Assembly (NCBI GenBank): GCA_030587475.2
Contig: JAUQYZ020000133.1
Span: 1 to 25,746, forward strand
Length of the DNA: 25,746 nucleotides
Reading direction: 5' to 3'
Origin: Candidatus Sigynarchaeum calidifontis
Lineage (GTDB): Archaea; Asgardarchaeota; Lokiarchaeia; Sigyniarchaeales; Sigyniarchaeaceae
Of this stretch, positions 1-8,635 are shown in pieces. The stretch's first letter is position 1; each line of letters begins with the position of its first letter. The position numbers and the translations under genes are program-made. A model generated the notes under the pieces. It was not told the origin of the DNA. It made no database searches and saw only the letters and a list, made by a program, of their open reading frames with translations.

Positions 1-1018
1 TGGCCCGGGCTTCTTCCGGGTACAAGGCAAAGTTGAGCGCGTTCACGTTGTCGATGTGCAAGGTCTTGAGTCCCGGGCACGCGTACCGGATGGATTCGAG
101 CAGCTCCTTGATCGCACGGGGATTCGGGCGAGGATATCGCGGGTTATCATAACCCTGGTGCTGGTAGGCATAAAAATCGGTCTGGTTTCCCAGGCGGAAA
201 TGACGCACGCCAAGGTCATGGAGGGCCTTGGCTTCCCGCACGATCGCCTCGACGGGTCGGTGCATGGTCGGTCCCTTGCTTGGCTCGACGCAAAACGAGC
301 AACCGCCAGACTCGTACCGGGGGCAGCCGCGAAACGTCTCCAGCTCGCACACGAGATTGCCCCCCGTCTCGCGCCGGAAATTCGGGTGCTGGATCACCAG
401 CTCGGCGCCCGCGATGGCGATGTCCGTTATTTGATCCATGCTAGAGCGCCCGTCGTTCAACATCCCGCGGATCCGCTCGTCATCGATCGGGATGCCGCCA
501 TCGATCGCTTGCAGCAGTCCCGGCAAGACGATTTCGGCATCGCCCCGGATGATCGCATCGTAGACCCCTTCTAGCTTGTCCGCGGGGATGCTTGGCTTTC
601 CCCCCTCCTCCCCGATGCCAAACCTTGTCGCGGGGCCGCAGAGGATCTTTACCGCTCGCGGGAATAGCTTGGCAAAGGCGACGAGTTCCGAAAATCTCAC
701 CGGCTTGCCGCCGAGATACTTGCCAGGCACCGACACGCCCGATAGCATGACCACCACGTCATACAAGCGCCACCGGGGATCTGCAAGGATCTCGTTTTTC
801 CATCGCTTCCTCGCGTGTTCCCGCCGTTCCTTGGTTTCAATCGGGCTTTGCTTGATCTCTTTTCGAAATTGATCCACGGTGAGGTACTTGATGGCTTGGA
901 ACATGCCAGCACGCTTCAGTGCCCCGTATATGTAACGTGCATAGGGGGACAGATACGGGGGAACTCCCAGGCAACCGGGCTCGTCGACGTACCCGTCGAC
1001 GAGGAGCACGTGCTTCAT
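1..1018 (-). CDS. Archaeal radical SAM protein (COG1031-like), 3'-truncated by window edge
   Basis: Not in the ORF track because there is no stop inside the window. Manual translation from ATG at 1018 gives MKHVLLVDGYVDEPGCLGVPPYLSPYARYIYGAL...ELETFRGCPRYESGGCSFCVEP...GVRHFRLGNQTD...PRPNPRAIKELL...TLHIDNVN, open to position 2. The DGYxDEP-LGVPPY start, CX7CX2C motif and LHIDN are typical of this family. Confidence 0.9.
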   Translation of the reverse strand, partial: MKHVLLVDGYVDEPGCLGVPPYLSPYARYIYGALKRAGMFQAIKYLTVDQFRKEIKQSPIETKERREHARKRWKNEILADPRWRLYDVVVMLSGVSVPGKYLGGKPVRFSELVAFAKLFPRAVKILCGPATRFGIGEEGGKPSIPADKLEGVYDAIIRGDAEIVLPGLLQAIDGGIPIDDERIRGMLNDGRSSMDQITDIAIAGAELVIQHPNFRRETGGNLVCELETFRGCPRYESGGCSFCVEPSKGPTMHRPVEAIVREAKALHDLGVRHFRLGNQTDFYAYQHQGYDNPRYPRPNPRAIKELLESIRYACPGLKTLHIDNVNALNFALYPEEARA

Positions 1019-1071
1019 ACGCGAGACTAGTGCATGACCACTAAAGGATTAGATGGTCGCGCGGCAGATCC

Positions 1072-3870
1072 ATGAACATCATGAAGGTTATCAACCTCAC
1101 TTGCGAGTTCCAGACGGCGCCGATAGGCGTGGACACCGCGCATCCCCGGCTTGGCTGGATGCTCGATCTTGAGCCCGCTGAAAAGAACCGGCGCGGAGTC
1201 CTGCAATCTGCTTATAGAATAGTCGTTGCTTCTTCCGAGGAAGGCCTTGAAAAGGACGAAGGTGACATGTGGGATTCCGGTAAGGTGCTAACTGGCAACT
1301 CGGTACACGTCGAATATGCCGGGAAGGATCTGGTGTCGCGCGGCACCTACTTCTGGAAGGTCAAGGCTTGGGACGAGCAAGGCATCGAGTCGGGGTGGAG
1401 CGTCCCGGCATCGTGGACCATGGGCGTGTTCCCGGCCGACTGGAGGGGCGAGTGGATCGGGGCGCGGGAGAGCGTGTCCCTGGAGGCGCGTTTCCCGGTC
1501 TCGAAAGAGCTCGAAAATTGTCCCGAATGGATCAAGGCCGCCGCTCGACGTGAACACCCCCACGGGCCAGGGCCGGAGAACGACTATGCCAGGGCCGTGT
1601 ATCTCCGGAAGGAATTCGTCGTGAAAAAGGCGCCCTCGCGTGCCATCGTGCGCGTCGCGGGTGTCGGGTACCACGAGGTGTACGTGAACGGCCAAAAAGC
1701 CGGGGATAACGTGCTAGATCCAGGCGCGACGCAATACGACAAGACAATACTCTACGTGAGCCACGACGTGACCTCGCTGCTTCGAGAGGGCACCAATTGC
1801 ATCGGCGTGATCCTGGGCAATGGCTGGTACTGGGTCGGCACCCCGGACCTGTTCGGGTTCGAGAAGGCGCCCTGGGCAGCCCCGCCTCGCTGCCGGTTAG
1901 AGCTCGAGCTTGCCCGAGCCGGCGAGGCCAGCGAGTTCGTGAGCACCGACGGGTCGTGGTCTTGCACGGAAGAGGGACCGATCACGTTCAACTGCATCCG
2001 GTCGGGCGAGGTGTACGATGCCCGCAAGGACCTCGGCGCGTGGAGCGTCGCGGGCGGGGTCGCCAGCGATGACAAGCGCTGGCAAGCCGCGAAGATCGTG
2101 ACGGCCCCGAAAGGAACCTTGCGCGCCCAGTCCATCCCGCCGATCAAGATCCAAGACACGTTCGCGCCGTGCAATCGCAAGATCCTGCCCGACGGCAAGA
2201 TCGTCTACTGGTTCCCCAAGAACAACGCGGGCTGGGTCGAGATATCGGTTCACGGGAAGCCCGGGCAAACGATACTTATCGAGCTCAACGAGGTGCTCGA
2301 GCCGGATGGCCACGTCGATATGCACACGCACAGCGGCCACACGCACGGCCGGTACCAGACTTGCGAGTACATATGCAAGGGGAATAGCGTCGAGACGTGG
2401 CAGCCGCGTTTCTGCTACGCTGGCTTCCAGTACGTCCAGGTGTCGGGTGCAAAGCCCGAGGAGGTCGTCTCGATCCTCGCGAAGCAAGTCTGCACGAGCT
2501 TCGAGCCAGCGGGCGAGTTTTATTGTTCGAACATCTTGGTCAACGAGATCAACGAGGCGTGCAAGCGCACGTTCAAGAACGGGTTCCATTCCTACCCCCA
2601 AGATTGTCCACAAAGAGAAAAGGCTGGATGGACGGAAGACGCGCTTCTCTCCGCCCACGGTAGCGTCTACAATTTCAACGCGCTCCTCGCCTACGAGAAA
2701 TGGAGCCAGGACCTGAATGATGCACAAACATCGTCCGGCCAGGTGCCGGACATCGTGCCATCGCCTGGTTGGGGGATGCCTAGCAAGCAGAAGGATCCGT
2801 CGGATTACACGCCCTTTTTACCTGAACAGCTCGGTGTAATGGCGGATCCCTGGTGGGGCGGTACGCAAGTCATGCTCCCGTGGAAGATATACGAGCATTA
2901 CGGCGACGTGCGCATCGTGGAGAAGGCATATCCCGGCATGAAGCGCTACGTCGATTTCTTGAAGCGCACGACCCAATATGGGCCGAACGAGTTCGATTAC
3001 ATGATAAATTGGCCGACAATGCTCGGCGAGTGGCTCGAGGTCGGTTCGGCTGGCTCCGCGAACAGGACACCCCGCGTGCTCACGTGCACGCAAGCCTTCT
3101 ACCGCTGTGCGGACATCGTTTCAAAAGCCGCCGCGTTGCTCGGCAAGCCGGATGATGAAAAAGCGTACAAGGAGCTCGCCGGGAAGATCGCCGCTGCATT
3201 CAACGAGGAATACCTCGACAAGGCGACGGGAATGCTGGCAAGGGACAGCCAGAGCGCGCACGCGATGGCACTCGTGCTCGGCATGGTGCCACCCGGCATG
3301 GAAGAGAAGGTATTCCAGCAGCTCGTGACGAACCTGGTCGACGTGCGCGGCGGCCACCTGTCCACGGGCATCGTCGGCACGTGGTTCCTCTACAAGGCCC
3401 TCGGCCAGGGCGGCCGGCCTGACCTCGCGTACCAGGCCATCACCGCGAAGGGCTTCCCCGGCTTCGAGCACATGCTCACGAGGGTCAACGAGAAGACTCC
3501 TGTTCCTAGCAAAACCATCTGGGAGGACTGGACGGGTGCGGCTTCCCTGGCACACCCGGTGCAGGGTTGCGTCGTCTCCTTCTTCTACGAGTACCTTGCT
3601 GGTATCCAAGCGCTCGAGCCGGGGTTCAAGAAATTTGCAGTGCGGCCCGCGGTGGTCGGCGATCTCTCGTGGGTACAAGCGAGGCTAGAAACGTGGTATG
3701 GCACCATCCAGTCGACCTGGAGAAAGGCCGATGACGGCACGATCACGTTCACGATCCGCGTGCCACCAAACACGACCGCGGAGATCATGCTGCCAGATGG
3801 CAAGGTCCATGACGTCGGTTCAGGAGGATACACGTTCACGGTCGGGAACAAGACAAAGAAGGGCACGTGA
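1072..3870 (+). CDS. Alpha-L-rhamnosidase, glycoside hydrolase family 78
   Basis: 932 aa. It has the N-terminal PIGVDTAHPRLGW / QSAYRIVVAS / WDSGKV segment, LGNGWY, GEVYDAR, the GH78 catalytic-region motif PQDCPQREKAGWTED, LSTGIVG, TIWEDW, and a C-terminal VPPNTTA. Confidence 0.93.
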   Translation: MNIMKVINLTCEFQTAPIGVDTAHPRLGWMLDLEPAEKNRRGVLQSAYRIVVASSEEGLEKDEGDMWDSGKVLTGNSVHVEYAGKDLVSRGTYFWKVKAWDEQGIESGWSVPASWTMGVFPADWRGEWIGARESVSLEARFPVSKELENCPEWIKAAARREHPHGPGPENDYARAVYLRKEFVVKKAPSRAIVRVAGVGYHEVYVNGQKAGDNVLDPGATQYDKTILYVSHDVTSLLREGTNCIGVILGNGWYWVGTPDLFGFEKAPWAAPPRCRLELELARAGEASEFVSTDGSWSCTEEGPITFNCIRSGEVYDARKDLGAWSVAGGVASDDKRWQAAKIVTAPKGTLRAQSIPPIKIQDTFAPCNRKILPDGKIVYWFPKNNAGWVEISVHGKPGQTILIELNEVLEPDGHVDMHTHSGHTHGRYQTCEYICKGNSVETWQPRFCYAGFQYVQVSGAKPEEVVSILAKQVCTSFEPAGEFYCSNILVNEINEACKRTFKNGFHSYPQDCPQREKAGWTEDALLSAHGSVYNFNALLAYEKWSQDLNDAQTSSGQVPDIVPSPGWGMPSKQKDPSDYTPFLPEQLGVMADPWWGGTQVMLPWKIYEHYGDVRIVEKAYPGMKRYVDFLKRTTQYGPNEFDYMINWPTMLGEWLEVGSAGSANRTPRVLTCTQAFYRCADIVSKAAALLGKPDDEKAYKELAGKIAAAFNEEYLDKATGMLARDSQSAHAMALVLGMVPPGMEEKVFQQLVTNLVDVRGGHLSTGIVGTWFLYKALGQGGRPDLAYQAITAKGFPGFEHMLTRVNEKTPVPSKTIWEDWTGAASLAHPVQGCVVSFFYEYLAGIQALEPGFKKFAVRPAVVGDLSWVQARLETWYGTIQSTWRKADDGTITFTIRVPPNTTAEIMLPDGKVHDVGSGGYTFTVGNKTKKGT

Positions 3871-3874
3871 AGCC

Positions 3875-6319
3875 ATGGGAAAGAAAGCTCTTGCAAATGA
3901 AGCCACCCCGGGAAACGTGTTTCCAGGCGCCGACGAGAAGACGCCCTCGCGGTCCGAATATTTCTCGTGGATCAACAACACGAACGAGGGGGCTACAGAA
4001 AAGCAAACTCTTGTCAATCTCGATTTTTTTGGTTGGTTGCGGCGTGAATACGGCATGCAACTGGACATCTACGCGTTCGACGCCGGCGCCATCGACGGGC
4101 CAAACAATAACTATGGACGACTTGATTCGGAGAAGTTCAAGAGGCAATTCCCGCACGGGTTCGACCCGATCTACAAGAAGGCAAAGGCCATCGGCACGAG
4201 GCTTGGCACATGGGGCGGGCCCGACGGCTTCGGAGAAACAGAAGCCGACGCCCAGGCACGCATCGATCTCATGGCGGGCCTGTGCAAGCACTACGAATGG
4301 GCACTGTTCAAGTTTGACGGCGTTTGCGGCACGCTGCGCAAGGAGAAGCAAGATCACTTCGTCAAGATGATGGAAGAGTGCCGGAAGTATTCGCCCGATC
4401 TCGTATTGCTCAATCACCGGCTCGACCTCGGGAAGGGCATGCCATATGCCACCACGTCACTCCTCGGCGGGGCGGAGACATACATCGACGTCCTCATGTG
4501 GAACGCGTTCCCCGCCACGCACCACCGGGCGGGCGAGCTGTCGCGCGGGCTCACCGCGGGGCTTACCCGAATGCAAGAAGACCATGGCGTGTGCCTGTCG
4601 TCGTGCCTCGATTTCTGGGATGATGCCTTGATCTTGCAGGCATTCAACAGGTGCTTGATTATCGCTCCGGAAATCTATGGAAATCCGTGGTTCTTGCGAG
4701 ATGACGAATTTCCGAAACTTGCACGTATATTTAACTTGCACCGGCGGTATCGCGACATCCTCGTGAATGGCATGCTATTGCCCGACATCAACAAATATGG
4801 GCCTCTAGCCGTTAGCCGTGGTGACGACGTGACCCGCTTCATCACGATGCGGAACCTGGAATGGGAGCCCGAGACCCGCAAGATCACGCTGGACGAGGAG
4901 ATCGGCCTGAAACCCACGTCATTACCCATCGTCGTGCGGCAATTCCATCCGACGGAGCGCATCATCGGGGAATTCCCCTATGGTGCCACCGTGGAAATCG
5001 AGATGCTTGCCTTCCGATCTTGCTTGGTCATTGCCGCCGCGAAGGACGCGCCCGTCAATAAACAAGAAGTCACGATCACGGGCACCGATTACGAGGTCGT
5101 CCGGGACATCCCGGGCAAGCACGTGAAGGTGACCTTGCTCGGCATGCCCGGCACGACTGCCCGCGTGTCGCTCCCGGGCGGGAAAACGATGGACGTTCAA
5201 TTCCCGGGGCAATCGCTGAAGCAGCCGTGGCACCGGAAGCTCGCGGAGCTCGACCCTTGCGACGTCCCGGCCGATGCGGAGACACTCTACGAGGCGACTT
5301 GCTTCGCTGCCGACAATAATTGCTTGGAAGCCCGTTGCATGGCGCGCTCCGGGTCGACCCTCGTTCCCGAGGTTCAAGCCGCGCGAGACGCGTTCTTCGA
5401 GCAGCCGCTCTTCAAAGCACGTGCCCCGTGGGACAAGTTCGTCTTCGATAGTGATGCCTCGACTAGGATGTTCACGGCGGCCTATCCAGAGGCAGGACTT
5501 CGCATCGATCTCGGCGACGTCGTGCAAATCGACGCGCTGATCATCAAGGGGACAGGGGACGGCTTTGAAAAGGACAGCATCACGGTCGACATCAGCACGG
5601 ATTTGATAACATGGACCACCGTGTCCGCCAGGGTGCACGATTGCAGGCCGGCGTTGGCAAGTGACAAGGATGACTCCTTGTTCGCGATCACGCCCGAGCC
5701 GGAGGATGCACCCTTCGACCCGAGGAATGACCCGAGATTCTTCGGGGAATCCCGTTTCCCGCTGCCAGTCGGTAAACAGCGTTACGTCGAGATAGACGTG
5801 CCAGGAAAATCAGCACGCTATTTCAGGGTCCACGACGTGCCTGCGTACGTGTTCAAGGTCGGGGGACGCAATGCCGGCGCGTGGATCCATGACCGTTCGA
5901 GGTGGCGCCTAAATTACCTTTTTGAACGGCTCCAGCGACCATCCTTCGACAAGGCTTACCACGCGTCGTTTTTGCTCGACGAGATCCCCGATGGTAGCCA
6001 AGTCTGCGTTGCGATCTTCGGGGAGCACGGCGATGAGGGCGCCTTTGCTGCGTTGAGGATCGACGGCAAGCCAATCGGCGCGCCCGATAGGGCACTTTCC
6101 TACCAAGCACACCCGTGGGAGCACGTGGTCAAGGCGGCCACGGGCAACTACACGTATTATTTCCCCCTCCGCCAGGAATACAAGGGGAAGCCGATCGAGG
6201 CGTTCGTGCTCGGTGTGAAGGGAAATCCCCGCCCCATGTTCGTCGAGGCGTGGATCACGGCATACCCCATCCCGTTCAAGCGCGTCGAACTCGACTTGGA
6301 AGATCACGATCCCATTTAA
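3875..6319 (+). CDS. Large conserved hypothetical protein, putative glycoside hydrolase (clan GH-D-like TIM barrel plus discoidin-like module)
   Basis: Likely start is ATG 3875, 4 nt after the GH78 stop (814 aa). Motifs YFSWINN, IYAFDAG, LGTWGGP and LFKFDG echo the SW / DDGW / GxW / KxD pattern of GH27/GH36. The LRIDLG...ISTDLITW...ARYFRV segment resembles an F5/8 type C domain. Confidence 0.6.
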   Translation: MGKKALANEATPGNVFPGADEKTPSRSEYFSWINNTNEGATEKQTLVNLDFFGWLRREYGMQLDIYAFDAGAIDGPNNNYGRLDSEKFKRQFPHGFDPIYKKAKAIGTRLGTWGGPDGFGETEADAQARIDLMAGLCKHYEWALFKFDGVCGTLRKEKQDHFVKMMEECRKYSPDLVLLNHRLDLGKGMPYATTSLLGGAETYIDVLMWNAFPATHHRAGELSRGLTAGLTRMQEDHGVCLSSCLDFWDDALILQAFNRCLIIAPEIYGNPWFLRDDEFPKLARIFNLHRRYRDILVNGMLLPDINKYGPLAVSRGDDVTRFITMRNLEWEPETRKITLDEEIGLKPTSLPIVVRQFHPTERIIGEFPYGATVEIEMLAFRSCLVIAAAKDAPVNKQEVTITGTDYEVVRDIPGKHVKVTLLGMPGTTARVSLPGGKTMDVQFPGQSLKQPWHRKLAELDPCDVPADAETLYEATCFAADNNCLEARCMARSGSTLVPEVQAARDAFFEQPLFKARAPWDKFVFDSDASTRMFTAAYPEAGLRIDLGDVVQIDALIIKGTGDGFEKDSITVDISTDLITWTTVSARVHDCRPALASDKDDSLFAITPEPEDAPFDPRNDPRFFGESRFPLPVGKQRYVEIDVPGKSARYFRVHDVPAYVFKVGGRNAGAWIHDRSRWRLNYLFERLQRPSFDKAYHASFLLDEIPDGSQVCVAIFGEHGDEGAFAALRIDGKPIGAPDRALSYQAHPWEHVVKAATGNYTYYFPLRQEYKGKPIEAFVLGVKGNPRPMFVEAWITAYPIPFKRVELDLEDHDPI

Positions 6320-6414
6320 GCCATCCTGGCGATGCCCAATGACAGGTTCTACCGGCGTTGGACAAAGGTGGATATCGATATATCCCCGCGCATCAATTGA
6401 TGGTAGTGGTGGAC

Positions 6415-7065
6415 ATGCGAGCTGATTTTTTCACGAGGTACGCCGTGATCGTCGCGCTCGTCGGCTTTGCGCTGTTCAACGCCGCCGGGTTCATTGCCAT
6501 GGCCATCTATCCCTACCCGTTCTCCCTCTTGCACGACTCATTTAGCGAAGTCGGGGCCATCATTGATGGCAACTACGGGGCGGGGATCCTCTCGGTGGGG
6601 CTAGCATTGTCGGGCGCCCTCGAGTTCCCGGTCGTGGTGGTTTATGGCCGGGAAATTATCTCGCGCGGGAAGGCAAGCTCCCAGCCGTTCGCGCTCCTCG
6701 GGTTCGTCTTCCAGCTTGTCGCACGGGTTGCCATCATCCTGGTCGGCGCGTTCCCGACGCGGCCATGGCGGGGCACCCATGATGCGGTTGCCATCGTATG
6801 GATCGGTGGGGAGAGCCTCGGCGTTATATTTATCATGATCGAGCTCTTCAGGTATCGAAAAGAACGCTGGTGGGCCATCGCCGATGTACTGGTCATCGCG
6901 GTGAGCACCGTCATATGGATCCCCTACGCGGCGGGGGCATGGGAAGGAATGGGAATCCCAGAATTCGTCACGATGACCGCCATATACGCTTTCAATTTGC
7001 TTCTCTGGATCCGCGCGTACATGGGAGGGGCGGCGATCGGGAACGGGTTAGATCAGAGACCTTGA
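6415..7065 (+). CDS. DUF998-like multi-pass membrane protein
   Basis: Start ATG 6415 follows GGTGG. About 6 hydrophobic helices, with motifs YP...FSEVG, LVGAFP, H (GTHD) and a C-terminal PE. Confidence 0.7.
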   Translation: MRADFFTRYAVIVALVGFALFNAAGFIAMAIYPYPFSLLHDSFSEVGAIIDGNYGAGILSVGLALSGALEFPVVVVYGREIISRGKASSQPFALLGFVFQLVARVAIILVGAFPTRPWRGTHDAVAIVWIGGESLGVIFIMIELFRYRKERWWAIADVLVIAVSTVIWIPYAAGAWEGMGIPEFVTMTAIYAFNLLLWIRAYMGGAAIGNGLDQRP

Positions 7066-7086
7066 TTGCGATTTTTTACGGGCAAA

Positions 7087-8151
7087 TCAGCCAACCCACT
7101 CGCCAAGTGGGAGGATGCTGGCGAAAAAGATGAACCAGAACACCACGTTTGCGAGGATGATAGCGACGGCGATTTTCCCGGCAAGGCTTTTCTTCGCGAT
7201 GCCTGTCGAGTGAACCAGGAGGTAATAGATCGGCACGACGTACCAGACAGCGAGCCCGATGAATAATCCCGCGGCAGGAAACGCTACGAGGAACATGTGC
7301 AAGGTCGCCACGAGCCCGACCATGGGTATCATGAACGGGAAGCCCAGGGGATCGAGGGAGATCTTCAATTTCAATCGCTTCTCCCGCCACCTCGATCGCC
7401 ACTCGGGCAAGCAGCGATGGACGCGCCCGCCAACGAAGATCGCGATGAGTGCAAAGACGCTCGCCACGATGCAAACCGAGACGATCAACACCACGCAGGC
7501 GCTCACGCCGAGGATTTGATGGAGAATGGTGGGCAGGAAATAGACGCCGATTATCCACAGCATGGGCGGGATCAGTTCACGGCGTCGCCTCGGGAACGTG
7601 AACGTGTAGCCGATGCCGATGCACGCGCCGATGATCGCCAGTGTCAAGAAGAGCCACATCGGCGGGTTGACGATGAGGAAGTCGCGACCGAACGCGCTCC
7701 ACCAGAACGCGTCGTCGGGCACGACCGAGCGGATCCCTATCAAGTAGGCGTACCATGCCCAATCATAAAAGAGCCATTGCGAGCACCAGAATCCCAGTAT
7801 ATATGACACGGTCTGCAGCCCCTTGAACTTCCGCGCCTGCGGCATCATGACCATGAGCAAGCCGAACATGGTCAAGATCCCGAAATACTCGATGTCGAGG
7901 CCGAAGAAGAACGACGGGATGCCAGATGAACCCTTCCCGGCCTTGGCTATACCGAGGAGGTAGACGATCATGGTAATCCAGGCGAACCCGATGCCCATGA
8001 ACGTGGACCATTTCCATTCGAAATCGTTCAGTTTCACCGGCATGTGCCCGGTCAGTTTCATGTACTCGTCGCGCAAGGTTTGCAGTCTTGTCTCTTGATC
8101 GCGGATGTCTTGCTCCAGCTGTCGCGCTGGATCTGAGATTTTCTCGGCCAT
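7087..8151 (-). CDS. Hypothetical multi-pass membrane protein with N-terminal coiled coil
   Basis: Probable start MAEKISD at 8151. A heptad-like RQLEQDIRDQETRLQTLRDEY segment is followed by about 9 hydrophobic segments. Confidence 0.75.
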   Translation of the reverse strand: MAEKISDPARQLEQDIRDQETRLQTLRDEYMKLTGHMPVKLNDFEWKWSTFMGIGFAWITMIVYLLGIAKAGKGSSGIPSFFFGLDIEYFGILTMFGLLMVMMPQARKFKGLQTVSYILGFWCSQWLFYDWAWYAYLIGIRSVVPDDAFWWSAFGRDFLIVNPPMWLFLTLAIIGACIGIGYTFTFPRRRRELIPPMLWIIGVYFLPTILHQILGVSACVVLIVSVCIVASVFALIAIFVGGRVHRCLPEWRSRWREKRLKLKISLDPLGFPFMIPMVGLVATLHMFLVAFPAAGLFIGLAVWYVVPIYYLLVHSTGIAKKSLAGKIAVAIILANVVFWFIFFASILPLGEWVG

Positions 8152-8291
8152 GAGCATCACGCGCGTCGTGTTTCGCGGGATCGATCGTGTCCAGTGATGC
8201 CTTTCCATCCGGTCTTATAATCGTGCCATGACGAACGGATGGGCACGTAACGCTGAAGGCCCTGGATCATCCAGCCTTGAAAAAGAAACGG

Positions 8292-8576
8292 TCACCAGGC
8301 CTCCCACATGTATACCGTATAATTACCACACGCGTCGCAAGCATACTCGTACGTCATCCTCGGCTCCTTGCCGGTCTCTTGATAAAAAAAGATACACCGC
8401 GTGCCCGGCGACCCACAGACCCCGCACGGCTTGAGCGGAGAACTGGTGGCTGCTGGTGGCTTGCCATGACATCGAGGCTGGTCTGCCACGGTCACCGTCC
8501 ACCGCCAGTGGATGTCCTCGTGCGGGACGAGCCCCGCCCGCTCGAAAATGTCGGGCAAGACCGCAAGTCGCGCCAT
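8292..8576 (-). CDS. Small Zn-ribbon protein (CxxC...CxxC)
   Basis: 94 aa containing CGVC and CDAC. RBS-like GAGGGTGA lies just before the ATG, a T-rich tract follows the stop, and the ORF fills the gap between two co-oriented genes. Confidence 0.65.
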   Translation of the reverse strand: MARLAVLPDIFERAGLVPHEDIHWRWTVTVADQPRCHGKPPAATSSPLKPCGVCGSPGTRCIFFYQETGKEPRMTYEYACDACGNYTVYMWEAW

Positions 8577-8635
8577 TTCACCCTCGCCTCGCGTTCACCA
8601 TGCTGTTCCCTTCATTTTTTTTTCCATGCGATGCT

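Noticed and set aside
110-125. Possible frameshift in the first radical SAM gene
   Set aside because: Recounting the G run at 118-121 keeps the frame (AAT CCC CGT GCG ATC), so the gene is intact here.
56-1030. Plus-strand ORFs 56-574, 576-872 and 815-1030
   Set aside because: They are antisense shadows of the minus-strand radical SAM gene and have no recognisable motifs.
3698-3874. 59-aa N-terminal extension of the 873-aa ORF
   Set aside because: It overlaps the conserved GH78 C-terminus and is low-complexity Arg/Ser. ATG 3875 is the more plausible start.
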